Assembly (NCBI GenBank): GCA_036172245.1
Contig: JAYWIR010000016.1
Span: 3,534,001-3,598,000, forward strand
DNA: 64,000 nucleotides
Source of the DNA: Raillietiella orientalis
Lineage: Eukaryota
Direction of reading: 5' to 3'
Shown: in pieces, positions 38,650 to 51,047 of the stretch
How the letters are laid out: the number at the start of each line of letters is the position of its first letter
Position numbering within the stretch: position 1 is the stretch's first letter
The notes under the pieces: model-generated
What the model was told of the DNA's origin: nothing
The model's database searches: none
Seen by the model: the letters and a program-made list of their open reading frames with translations, nothing else
Position numbers and translations under genes: made by a program

Positions 38650-40765
38650 GGGAGCTTTTTCCCATCACCTCGGGCGACTCTGTCTCCTTCACGGGCTGCT
38701 CTGCGTGCGCACTGGAATCCTAGAGAGCGGCGTCGCCTGGCTCTCGCATCGAAGGGAGTGATCTCCAATCCACTATTCGTCCCTCGGTGCTCGTTGGACG
38801 GCCCTTCTCCCTGCCTGCCGATCCCCTCTTGCAGCTTTCGGCAGGACTGGGGAGTCCCAGGTGCCGATGGGCGCACCGACCGATGGGCACCGTCCAAAAG
38901 ACCCCCTGAGATCGTACGGGACTCTGACTCCCCTGCCACGTGCGTGCCTAGGCACACTGGCCGTGTCAGCGTATGCGGACGATCTTCTGCTGCTACTCCC
39001 CATGTCCATCCCAGCGTCCGCGCTCGAAAATTTCTTCGAGCTATTAAGCCGCGGGGCAGGACTGGAGATGAAAGGAGAAGTCGTCCGTGGTAGCAGTCAG
39101 TTCGTCGTGGACAGGGCATCTGAACTGGATTCGCTTGGAGATCTTCACGGTTTAGTACTTTAAGTACCTCGGTGTACCGTTGGGGGACTATTCTCCGGCA
39201 GAGGCGTGGTCCAGCTGCCTCCAGAAGGCAGAGTTGGCGATCGGCCCTTCCCGGGATAGCAATTTTCTCTTGCCGGAACACGCAGCGGTGTGGAACACGT
39301 TCGTCGTTCCCCTCTTCCGCCCCCTGCTTTTTGTTTGCCCACGACCGAGTAGCATTAAAAGGTGGACGAAGGACCTCCTCAGAATCGTCCTCTGGGGCAC
39401 AAGGAGGCCCTGAGTCCACCTGAAGGACTTGTGCGCTCCGCGTCGCGGCGGAGGTCTCGGTCTCGTAACGCTGGAGCCTGGAGCGGCAGCTCCGGTGGAG
39501 AACGCTTGCCCTAGTGGCGAAGTTTTGGGGCACAAACTGGTGCGAGTTCGCACGATACCTGGTCGAGCGGGCCTCCGGCTACGCGGGACTGTCTTCCCTC
39601 CTGTCGCGATGCGCAGACGCAACGCGTCCAACTGCGGACTGGAGCTCGCTCCAGCGGGTGGTCCAGATGACCAAGACCAACAGCTGGATCTTCTGCCGGC
39701 CCACAAACAGTAGTGCCTGGTTGCAGGAAACTGGCGCACATGGACCAAGAACAACGAAGCGAGTCCAGAAATGCAACATCGACTGCTGCACTCTTTCTAC
39801 AACAACCGCTCACTGCAGGACGTCATCGTGCAGTCCACCACGTGTGCGTAGGCGCTAAGAACCTCCCTAGCCGCGGTACTACCCTCCCTCAGGGAGCACC
39901 TGGGCAGTAACCAGCTGACCAAATGGGAGGTCCGATGTGAGATCAGCAGAAAAGCCAAGGAATTAGGTGGTTGGACCACGAGCCAGCTCACGGACGCTGC
40001 GACCCCAAGTGACCCAACGAAGGAACTATTTCCTTGGGGTGAGCTGCTGGGAATCCTATAAGACCTCGAGTGGCCCCCAGCGCTGAAGAACAACCGGAAT
40101 CTCCCTCTAAAGTGTTCCGGCTGTTGCACTTCTGCTGCTGCACTGGGGTCTCCCGTGCAACGCCTGCCGGTGTCACCGGACTCAGGGGGTTGTAGACACC
40201 AACTGTTGCAGGTGCGGGTACGGGATTTCCTCCCGCACCTGTTTATTGACTGTGTTGCTCTTCGGCACCGGTGGCTGCGTTATACAACGGCCCTTGGTGC
40301 AGCGACGGACAATCCCAGGCACGTGCTGAAGCGCCTCTTCGTGCGCGATGCACTTTCGCCTGCCTCATCCCTAGCAGCTCTTTGCTGCTGCCTACGCGGA
40401 GTTGTGGTGGTCTGGATCTACGTGAGAGGAGGAGGGCCCGACAGGGATGCCATCTGCTTCTCCCTGCGCTTCATGAGGACAGCAGCAAGATGACCCCACC
40501 TGGAGCATACACAGATACACAGATGGAAATTGCCTGCATCCTGGAAAGAATGCAGAGGACGCCCTCCAGCACCCAGTGATCCCTTCCCTATCCCTCCTAA
40601 TTTTTTTTATACATTTTTTTGGTTTATTTTTTTTTGCTCCCCCCCCCCTGCTGCCGAGGCGAACCTCGCCGGCCTGCATGTGGTTACTCAGTTGGATCCG
40701 AACATTTCGGACAATGTAGGGTCGGTGACCCTACACATGTATGTTTGCTATTTTTTATAATAAAC
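38650..40765 (+). mobile_element. Decayed non-LTR retrotransposon (L1/Tx1-like) ORF2 fragment with 3' end
   Basis: RT motif SAYADDLLL (YADD 38972-38983), FKYLGVPL (about 39160-39182), post-RT VLWG...LKDLCAPRRGGGLGL. T-rich 3' region with AATAAA near 40758. Many frameshifts. Confidence 0.8.
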
Positions 40766-42086
40766 GTTCCGGTGTGAGCGAGTGATAAACCAAAAAACCT
40801 CCGCCTCCTGGCCATCCGCGGGCGAGGCGGGGGGACCGCGCGCGCCCGTCGATAAGACTACCGCTCCCCGAGTCTCCAGCGAACGCCCTGGGCAAGGCTG
40901 ACCTCCTTGAGCTTCCTCCTTGGTATTCAGGGAGGTTCGCTGCGTCGGTCGACCCAGCGGTGGGACAGGCGGCTCTCCGAGGTCGAAGGGAATCCCCCAA
41001 CCCCTTCCAACAGGGTCCCTCCTGTCTCTTGTTTTAAGGAATGGGAAATGCTTCCGGAGTTTGTGGACGCCTTTAGATCCCCTCTGCTGCTGGAGCCGAC
41101 ACTCCCCCCCTCTCCCCATGGTGTTGGCCGTTCAGGGTGCCGGCACGACCCTGTCGTCGCTTCCGGATCCCTAGCTCTCCCTCACCCACCGTCCGCTCTC
41201 TTCCCTTCTAACACCCGAGTGACTCAGGGTATTCAGGGAGGCTTTCTAGAAACAATGCGCCGGGGACGATGGCCTTGCAGTTCGCGCAGAGGTCACGAAA
41301 ATTGAGAGGATTAAGTGACGAGGGTCCCCTCGCTCCCTTTGCCCATGCAGGCCGCGCTGCTTCGGCGAGCTGCCACCCGCCCACCCGGCAAGCGTCGTCG
41401 TTTCCTTCCATCCCTTCGATTTCCTGCTGAGGAGCACAAAGGAACGGTGGCGGAGATGGTCAGTGACCACCGTGGGGAGGGGGATCCGGGAGGGCGCTCC
41501 CCACGATCCGGGACAGGAAGGGAGAAGGGCTGCGGAGGAATCGCCGCCCCTGCGAAACGTCAAGCAGTTGCAGTATCACCGTGCCTAAGCGCAGGTGGAC
41601 TTGGCAAAGAGTGGAGGAGGGGAAGGAACCTCCACTTGAACTGGGCATACCATTCCACTGCCTTCCTTCCTTCACTTCCTAAACTTCCTTTCGGATGAAG
41701 GTAAGTGATCAGTAAGAATTTGCAAAAGCGTTGCTGATTCCTACTCTTACGAATGTGACTATAAACTTTTGTTTATCATTGCAAGAGCAATGACGACTTT
41801 TTTAAAACATGATTACCATGAATGACTTATTGTATGCACTCACTAATGTGCAATCAAGGTATAGCAGTATAGCAAGGTATAGTAGCTGCAAACTTCAAGG
41901 TCAAACATGTGTTGTCCATATTTGCCCAAATTTGAAATACAGGGAAAAAAAATAAAACTCGAATTCAAAACAACGTTTAATAACAGAAGCACTTTCTGCA
42001 GATGCAGGAGCAGGCCGGATATCACTTATCAAATTGGCAATAACAATTGTATTGTCCACCATAACGAAAACAAGTCAACATCGTCA

Positions 42087-43599
42087 TTATTGCTTTCCAG
42101 TGCCAACCTTGAATGTAACCCAACTGTACCATATGCTTCCTAAGGCACTGATGCATTTTCAAGTTTTATTATTCAAAATATATTTTAGACCACACTCTTA
42201 CCTAATAGTTAAACCAATAAAATTTGTTCCTGTGAATGTATAATCTCCTCCAACAAACATGCCAATATATGTAACTATGATATTCTTTAAACAACCAACC
42301 ACAGTAGTTGTCAAAGCAGAATTATACGCAATGCACAGTACAACACTGTAATTTAAGATGAATCCCATGATGCAAGATAACAGGAAACATGTGAGGAAGG
42401 AAATATCCTTCCATTTATCAAATTGTTGTATCTAATACCTGATAAAATATGACAAAAACACAAGACATAGCTCACATGATTAAACTCTCCTAAAAGCCAC
42501 ATCAAACCAGCAACTGGCAATATGCATAGAAGATTGTTGTAGAAAATAAGACCTTGTTTATTGAACTGTTTAAGATGAAGTTTTTGTTTGATGGTTACAC
42601 CATTGGCTGCTGTCATGAAATCATTAATCAGTACATGTGTGTAACCTCCTACATTAAATCCAAGATCATGACTGCAAGATTCAGAACCTTAAATTATGGA
42701 AAGAAATGATGATCATTTGGTACCTGGCAGCAATTATTGCACCAAGTAACATGCACAGAACTGAACAATGAATTTGCAGTGAAGGCACAACACTAAACCT
42801 ATGTGATGAAAACAAATTCACTCATTTAGCTATCACCATACCTTAATAACAGGAATTCACCAATCATGGTCATGAGGATGGAAAATCTTCTTAACACTGT
42901 AAACATGGGCAAACTAAAACATACCTATCAACCAATTCCTTGAAACGTTTAATTCATAAAGTATCAAAAGATGTAATTAAGAATACCTAAGATATTTGGT
43001 GCCACCAAGACCAGTTAGCAGGTTTCCTACATAGAAAATTGGAAGTGGAAAAATCTATAAAATGTAATTAATTAAAATAACCAATTTATTCCTTAGTATC
43101 TGAACTGTACTTACATCTAAACAATAAACAAACCTGGATTGGTGTGGTAAGAGCCACATCTGGGAAGGAAATAAAACGGCATTTCTTCCCAAGGTATAAA
43201 ACAACAACGGAAGCAATCATCTAGAACAAACACAGTGATGCTTGATTACCAATGTGGATCCTGAACCTACTTGACTTAACGCTAATCCATAATAGGATGG
43301 AAAACTGAAAAGGGAGAAGAAAAAAAAAAAATGGGTTACCATTAATGCTTGCCTGAAATGAAGCAGCAGCCATGCACTGATGCACTTTACAACATCAGCA
43401 AAAAGTACGACTTCAAATCAGGAAATGCTAAATTTTGAACTTACCCATAGGAAGTGAGCACCATCTTGTTTGACACAATAATCATTATTGACGAAAGACC
43501 ATAAAAAATAGCCGAGAGGGCTTTTGCATAATCCAACCCCTTGCCACTGTCATTTGACATGTCAATGACGCTTTCGTCCCCTTCGTGATAGTCAGTCAT
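42087..43599 (-). CDS. frc: Golgi/ER nucleotide-sugar transporter, SLC35D family (fringe connection/SQV-7-like)
   Basis: Exons (minus): 43599-43445, 43304-43271, 43220-43134, 43054-42987, 42913-42842, about 42798-42724, 42671-42476, 42431-42202, 42147-42087. Motifs [62 protein letters not shown]. An alternative in-frame ATG exists at 43644. Confidence 0.9.
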
Positions 43600-45672
43600 G
43601 ACGGAACGCGGGCCGGAGGACCGATGACAGGAAGGGCATTCCACTGAGCAGCCGCGAGGGCCGGGTTGGATGAACTACTCGTCACGGAGCACACGACAGC
43701 TGGCCAACTTCCTTCTCCCCCATTCCCCGTCTGCGACGAGCCCGGCGGCAGCCGCCTCCCACCTGGCCGTCGTCGTCGTCGTCCCCACGATAACGGCGCT
43801 CCGAGGTCGTTCCCAAAGAAGCGCCGGCCCGCTGATGACACGGCGATCGCCCGTGGGGCCGGAGTCAGCAAAGCATCGGAATTCCAGCGGAGGCTGCAGC
43901 TCTTCGAGAGCGCCTCGTTCCGCCCCCTCCCCTTGGACGCGCGAGGGGGCGGGCGGGGGGGGGCGTTCGGAACATTTTATCCGCCTAGTGAAAGCACACA
44001 AGGGAGTCACGTGTTCGGGGATAAAGTAAATTCCCTCCCTGCAGTTCATCCGTTTCTCTTTCCTTTTTCATGAAACGGAGTGATTTGGCAGAATCGCACG
44101 GCAACGTCGATTTCGTGTCCACGACTCCGTTGTTCCATGAGGATCATTGTACTTCTTGCATGAGGAGAAAGCCATCTATTGGGGATCTGCAAGACGGTAA
44201 CGAAAAATCCCTGCTAAATTTGGTGCGGGAAGGAAACCTAAAGCCTGCGAGAGCTGGGGAACCGCGGGTGGTGAAAGTGAAGGACTTCTTTCCTCTCTTT
44301 TTTTTTCCTGTCGAGGAAAACGCCAAGCAGAGAGCAGACGGTTCTCACGAACGCCGCAGATGCGAGGATGCCGGCGTGCGGGGCAACGCAGAGAGAGATG
44401 ATCCCTGCTCCCGAACACGGCACAGGTGCGCGCGCTCTCTCGATCAACGCGGGCAGCCCGTTCCAGATAATCTCCCTGAGGCGACGCCTCTCGTCTCCAC
44501 GGAAACGAAAGAATGCGTTTCGAGCTTTCCTGTCGACCTAGCCACTTTGGGAAACGGACAGCACACGGGGTGTTTCAAAGATCCGAGGCAGGGGCTTAAA
44601 TTCTTTTCGGGAAGACTCCAGTCAGCAAAGAAATGCTGCTCAAGCTGGCCAAAAAAAGAAGGACTAAAGATATGAAACGATCTGTGAACGAATGCTCACG
44701 GCGCGGATGCCGTGAGAATGGAAACCCTGTTCGTACGAAGGACCCTGGTCATCAGAGCTACGCCGCGCTGGTTTGCTGCCAAGATTCCACCGGGTCGAGT
44801 TGCTTTCTTCCTTTCAGGCAAAGGAATGAACTCGAGTGACTTTCCTCCGTTTATTAAGGGAAACAACTTCTGGCAGCCATGCGTTCGCTCATTTCGCGAT
44901 GCGTTCAAGCTGCTGAATTCAAAACCCTCTTTACGATTGCGAGAAGCTGCGGATGCTGTTTTCAAATGAACGGGGGGAGGGGGAAGCATTCACAGGATCG
45001 GAACCGTTCAAGCACAGTAACGATCCGGCACTTCCTGACAAAATAACCACCCCAGGTGGTTGCGAATCAAACCGCAGACATGACCAATGAACGAACGTCA
45101 GGCTGCCCACAACCCCCGCCGGATTGGCATGGCGATTTTCGTACAGACCGCCAACTGCCCAGTTGTGTTTCCGGTTCCACAGTGCGGTGGGTTCTCGACC
45201 AACACGCTCGTCTGCACTTCGTGAAACGATTCCAGTTCCATTCCTCAGAAAGTCAAGAAAGATTCGGGAATATTCCAGATGGTCGGTGCATGCATCGGGA
45301 ATGTCGCCACCTGGAAAAAACATGATGACGCGTGCGACTGCTAATGATCCTAGCAGAAGAAGAGCATGACGCTTACCTGTTCATCAGATCAACAACGCGT
45401 GCCAATTTGCATGCCGTCGTTTTTTTAAACCAATACACGACTTCTTGAGCTCATCTCCAGCCTTTCTCCGCTTTTGGAATGCCCTGAATTTAGTAGGGAA
45501 ACTCTGGCATGCGTGCAGAATCTACGAACGCAGTTCACATTCATTACAAAATGTGAACATCTTGTCCGTCAGGCACGCTGGATTCGCTCTTTTGTTTTGC
45601 CACATCTTCCTGCTTCCGAATTGAAAACACCTGACCTACCACTCGTTGGCCGTGAGTAAGGCAGGGCGGCGA

Positions 45673-46227
45673 ATGGCAGAGCGTCGCAGTGCCGGAGCTG
45701 GGTCGTCGCGGCGGCGGCCGCCCGTGGCCCGCGGCCCACGAGGGGATGACAAGCCGCTGCTGCTGCGCAGGTGCCTCTGCTGCAGCCTGCGCGCTCTGGA
45801 ACCTTCGTCGCCGGAGTGTACGCCACGTTGGCCTACCTGGTGGAGCTGACCATGGAGTTGTGATGCATCGAGGGGCGAGAGGCAGGCTTCCCACTCCCGT
45901 GTTCGTCCTGACCACAGCCCACCTGCTCATCGTCATCGTGTCCATCAACCTCCTCATCCTCGAACTCAGCCCGAAGATGCGGATACGTGCGTGCTGAGGT
46001 GGATGTTGGCTATGGTGATGCTTCTCTTCGTCCCCAAGTGCGGAATGGTCTTCGTCAGCCTCCACCACAGGGACGCCGACAGCGCCTTCGTAATGGCGGA
46101 GTTGCTGTTCCATGTCTTCCGAGCTTCCCATGCCTGCAGTCGCTGCACGCCCGCCGGAGAAGCGGGGCCGGCGACCTGCTCCCCCGGGAAGGTCATCAAC
46201 ATCAAGACGAAAGGCGTCTACGCTTAG
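45673..46227 (+). pseudogene. Intronless, frameshifted pseudogene of a small four-TM membrane protein (DUF4728/pasiflora/LAPTM-like)
   Basis: Frame-hopping reads LLRRCLCCSLR/SGTFVAGVYATLAYLVELTMEL*/RLPTPVFVLTTAHLLIVIVSINLLIL/VLRWMLAMVMLLFVPKCGMVFVSL..FVMAELLFHVFR/CLQSLH. This gives a Cys-rich CC.SLR.GT start and four hydrophobic segments, with about 4 frameshifts and one TGA. Confidence 0.5.
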
Positions 46228-46429
46228 AGAGGAAGCGTGGAGGTCCAGGTCGTTCCTGGGGAAACTCCGAATAGGCGCCACGCCAGCCCGGGGTTCTGTC
46301 GGCTGGATGATGCGTCTTTGTCTCCGTGCGTCAAGAGGCTGCCCCGCTGCACAACGACGTTTTCCCGAGAGTAGCGTGCCTCTACTGCAATCATGCCCTC
46401 CCTAGGATGAGGGGTACTTACGGAGGAGG

Positions 46430-46981
46430 AGGGTTCAACCCTATCGCATTCATTCGGGTGCGGCACCGGTAGCGGTTCAAACTGGGATTGGGAGTCGACC
46501 TTCCGGGTCCTTCCAGGAAACAGAATCGAGGATTCTCTCCAGGGTTCCCCTCCGGTTGAGCAAAGGAGAGGACCCCTCAATCTTCTGTGGGGGGGGGCTC
46601 CGTCTCATGAGCGGTTTGCATTCGGTGACATGCGTAGTGAGGCAGCACTGTTCGGAGTTTTCTTGGTTGCCGGGTGGAGCACCCATTCGGTATCCAAGAA
46701 AGGAGCTAGTGGATTGGCGCGTGCTGTGGATTCGTGCAGCGCTTCACTTACCACCTTGCCGGTGGAGCTGGTGGATTGGTGACACCTCTCCAGAGTGCAA
46801 AGAAGCGCGCCACTCCTTTCGGGTCTCCCTTCAGAGGAGGAGCAAACAGGAGCGGTTCCCTTGAGAGCTCCCTCCAAAGAAGAAACAATGGAGCGCCTCC
46901 CCCCCCCTTCCGAAGGTCCCTCCAGAGAGAATAAGGAAGAGGAGATTCCCTTCGGGGTTCGCTTCGGAGACAACCAGGGTG
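46430..46981 (-). mobile_element. LTR-like repeat, copy A (inverted relative to copy B)
   Basis: Aligns by eye to the reverse complement of 47401-about 47870 (shared CCGGTAGCGGTTCAAAC, AGGAAACAGAATC, CCGAAGGTCCCTCC, CTTCGGAGACAACCAGGGTG) with indels. Confidence 0.7.
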
Positions 46982-47396
46982 GAGGTGTTCCCCTTCGGGG
47001 AACCCTCCCCAGTCGTGAGAGGGAACGGACTCCTTCCTCCGGAGTCCTTCCTGGATTCATAAGGTAGTCCCCTCCTGGGTTTTCCCCTATCTTGAAGAAT
47101 CACGGCCTGGGTGGCGTGGAACAGTGTCAAAGAGCTGCGTGAGCCGCCGCCAGGGGCGCGCGACGGCTCTTGAGGGACTCAGCGAACCAAAGAAAACATG
47201 GAAAGAAAACAGGAAAGACAGATTGCTCCATTGGTACAGGATTTCGTTACTTCAGTGGTAATCACGTGTGTGCTCTTATAATTACAAGCAGCATGTGAAA
47301 AAAAAAGTGCACGAAAGGAAGGCACGTGGCGTGCCTCTCCGAGCGGGAAGGCCTGCGCTTTCGTGTTGACTGCTTTGAAAGAGGCTTCCCATATTT

Positions 47397-47949
47397 TGTG
47401 ACACCCTGGTTGTCTCCGAAGGGAACCCCAAAGGGAATCTCCTTTTCCTTATTGTCTCCGGAGGGACCTTCGGAGGGAAGAGGGGGGTTCATTGTTCCTC
47501 CTCCGGAGGGAATCTGCGAAGGAACCTCTCCTGTTTCCTGCTCCGCAGAGAACCCCGAAAGGACACTTCCGAAATTCCTCAGAAGGGCATCCCCGAAGGG
47601 AGCGGCACGCTTTTTTGCACTCTCTGGACAGGCATCATCAATTCACCAGCTCCAATGTACGAGACAAAGGGCCCCCCCTCCACGAGAAGGGAGGGACGGT
47701 TCCTTTGCACAACCGGAAGGGAACTCACATTCCTTGATTCTGTTTCCTCCAATGACCCAGAGGGTCGACCCTCAATCCCGGCCACTCACTGGGGGCATCC
47801 TGTTTGAACCGCTACCGGCGCTGCGTCCTAATGAACAGGAGCCGGCCAGCGTCATCTTCCGGGAGAAACTCGAACCCGCGACGCACCTCCCGTCTCTCCG
47901 CGCCGATTCTTTCCGAGTATTCGAGCTCGCGACGCCTGGTGGTGCCACA
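47397..47949 (+). mobile_element. Gypsy-type LTR-like repeat, copy B (about 550 bp)
   Basis: Starts TGTGACACC and ends GGTGCCACA (imperfect terminal inverted repeat, TG...CA). Homologous to copy A. Confidence 0.6.
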
Positions 47950-50233
47950 AGCGGAAACCATGACCACGTGGCCTCCGACGCAGGCATTCATGACGGGTGG
48001 TTAATCAGCCGGAAATGATTGCATCATTCCAACAGTGCTTTTTGGAGTGCAGTACCGAATCAGAATCCTGTGGATCCCAGTTTCCATCGCTTCGTGGATC
48101 ACGTGATCGAATGTTGCTTTGGTCCGATCCCTACTCCGCTCCCGTTGAACTACCCAGGGAGTCAAATTGCAGTCTGGGAAGAAGAAGGAAAAACAGGCAA
48201 CCGCGCATGGCTTCGGGGACTGCGGTTTTGCCTCGCCTCCACAAGGAGCATCGTACACCCTTTTGGACACCCGACTCAAGTGTGGACCTACTCCAACAAT
48301 GGCGAATGGTGCACCTCAGGGAGAGGCAACCCTTGGCAGCAGCCCTCTTGCATCCGGAGGATTTGCCTCGGCAGCTTTTTGGGGGAGGCTCCTGACGCTA
48401 CAAGGATTCTCGGCCTAACCGGGCCGCTGGCGACGCCGATCTGCGTTCGAGTAGCGGTGGGCAACTCGTTGCAAATGGGTGCATCGTGCAGCACGAGAAA
48501 GGCCATCCAGCTCATCCCCTCCATGATGAGGAGGGCTGCAAGGCGGTCTCAGTCCCCACAGGAGACCAAGGAGAGCAAGGTCTGCACTGCAAGCAGACAG
48601 AGGGAGATGGAAGTCCGGCTACCCTCACTTTCCCCTTCCACCCTCCTGCTCCTTTTCCTGAAAACGTCACGTTTTCTCCCCGTGTTCTCCATGCGTGCAC
48701 ACTTCATTTTAGTGGTACACATTCCTTCATTGTTTCTTTTTCATTTTCCTCTCATCGCTCCTCGACCCTACCTTCGCTCCCCATCCCTTACTGCGCCCGT
48801 TTTTCATCCGTCTTCCGACCTCAGCCTATCAACATGAATTGGACTGCACGTGAAAAGCGGGACTCTTATGTGGTGTATGTTGTGTTTGTTCGGTCCCAAC
48901 GCACGTGCCGGAGTGGCCGCGTTGCAAGCTGCAATGGAGCCAGCACAGGTCGGGGCAGCGTCGGGAGCCGCGGAACATCCCTTTGTATTCCTTTATGTAT
49001 TCCTTCCTTTGTATTCTTAATAGTTTCCGAATCTTCCAGGCCTTCTCTCGAAGGACCTAAGCGCAAGAGCGCGTTCCAGCCTCATTGTGGAAGGTGATGG
49101 AGGGGCCACCAGGTTCTCCATATGGAAAACTGGCCATCAGACAAGAAGCACCACCTACATTTGACGTCAGCTTCATAGCGACAATGTCACCTCGCAGCGT
49201 GACACAGAGAAACATAGAAAAGCTTCTTGCATACCCAGTAACACCGGGGAGTTTATTAAGAGGTTAACAAACGTCCATGCACAAACGACGACGAGGGGTG
49301 AACGGGGGCTTCGCCACTTCAGAGCAGTGTCTGGGGTCTGGGGAAGGGAGAGGACGATATACGGAATTTAAAAAATATATGCAAAATAGGGGAAAAGCTC
49401 TTTGCAAGAGTGGGGAGGTCATCGAGATCCAGCATGCCTAGAACTAATCGTCCTTGCAAATTGCATCTTCCCCGGTAACTTGTTGGATTCTTCGGCTGAA
49501 TCAAAGGTCCCAGTGGAGGAACAGCCGCATGGACTGCTGCGGGTTGAGAGGGGCGGAGCCCCGTATTCTCAGCCCCACCAAAGAACTCAAAAGCTGAAGG
49601 AACCAAAAAGAAAAGAAACTGATATCTCCTCCGCGGTCCCCACGTACACATTTCTTTACAAACGGGCGTTCGAAATGCCAGATCTCAATTGGTCGGCTGG
49701 TGGAGTTCGCCGTTCATCTCTGGTTTCCTCGGAATTTCACAGCACTCACAGTAGTTCAAGAAATAGCATTCCGCACGAGTGAAGGATCCTCGTAGATTGG
49801 AAGAACCCCCCACGCCTCTGACTGGGTCCTTCGGTGGATACTTTCCAGCGTAGAAGAGGGAACTTTCATCATGATAACCAGATAATGGTTCCGTGAGGTT
49901 ATTTTGGAAATATTCGAGATATTTCTTTTAAATGGAGATCGAGAAGAAAATCAGGACAAGAAAAATTCGCGCTAAAAATAATCGCGACACAAAATTATAA
50001 AGAGTAGTGCCTTTTCTTATTCGATCTTCCCTATCGATGTATCAGAATTATTAATTTGAGATTTTCCCTTTGTCGATGCTTTTTTCTTTTTATGATAACA
50101 TCCATTTTCTTCCATCAAGGTTTGATAATTCATTCACCTAGAAACACTTATTCCATCATGCACTGGCAGCAAATTAGTTTTGCAAGTACTTTATCCACTG
50201 CTAACAGCAAATATTGTTAAGGTGTCAGTTAAT

Positions 50234-51047
50234 GTTCTTTGCACACACAAGCGCTCTCCCTTTCAGTATACTTTCAAGTGAAGCAGATCATGGAAGAAAA
50301 ATAAAAGTATGAAAGTTTTGAAGTAGTCGAAAGAGAGATTTTTTCATTGAATATCATGATCTTCGCAGATTTCAAGTCCAGGGCACCTTGATTTAAAACA
50401 AAAAAATTAAGGATTTTCAAGCAAAAAAATTGTTGTTCTTTTTTGTTATCACTGTTCCATTTGTAACAAACATTGTCATGAGACTTGTGTTTGAACTTTC
50501 TCGAAACATTCCATCTATAAAATTGTCCAGATCACTAGCAATAAAGATATTCTCAGAATATATGTCGCTTACTGATTTCTGAATGGAACATATGGATGAA
50601 CGGAATTGGATTACAACAGTTCTATAGCACTGCTGTAATCCAATCCTCCTCTTTCATTCAAGTTCTACAGCACCTGTACAATGAAAAGTTTTCTTATTAA
50701 TAATTGTCATGTTTGACGGGAAACGAATGCAGTTACTACTCTTGCTGAAATACAATAGAATATTGAAATTTTTCTACTGTCAGCAAGCATTAAAATTTCT
50801 CTTGATCAATAGAACATGATAGTCCCACAATTAAGGTGATATATTTTGGGCAAGATAAGAGAATCATGGACAAAAACTATAATTATGTAATCAAAGCAGA
50901 GGGCAGATACTTCATTCGGGTTCTTTGCGTGCTCAAGTGCTTTTCAGTGTAATAATTTCAATATAGTCTATAGTGAGCAGATCATTGAAGAAAGATACTT
51001 AAATTAAAGTATGAAAGTTTTGAAATAAGTCAAAAGAGAGATTTTTC
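50234..51047. repeat. Pair of diverged 110-130 bp direct repeats (50234-50346 and 50920-51047)
   Basis: Both read GTTCTTTGC..CAAG.GCT..TTTCAGT...GCAGATCAT.GAAGAAA...AAAGTATGAAAGTTTTGAA...AGTC.AAAGAGAGATTTTT. Confidence 0.8.

Noticed and set aside
43832..43860. CTGATGA followed by a stem, like a hammerhead ribozyme core (also checked 24021, 12982 and 44749)
   Set aside because: The required GAAA directly after stem II and stems I/III are missing.
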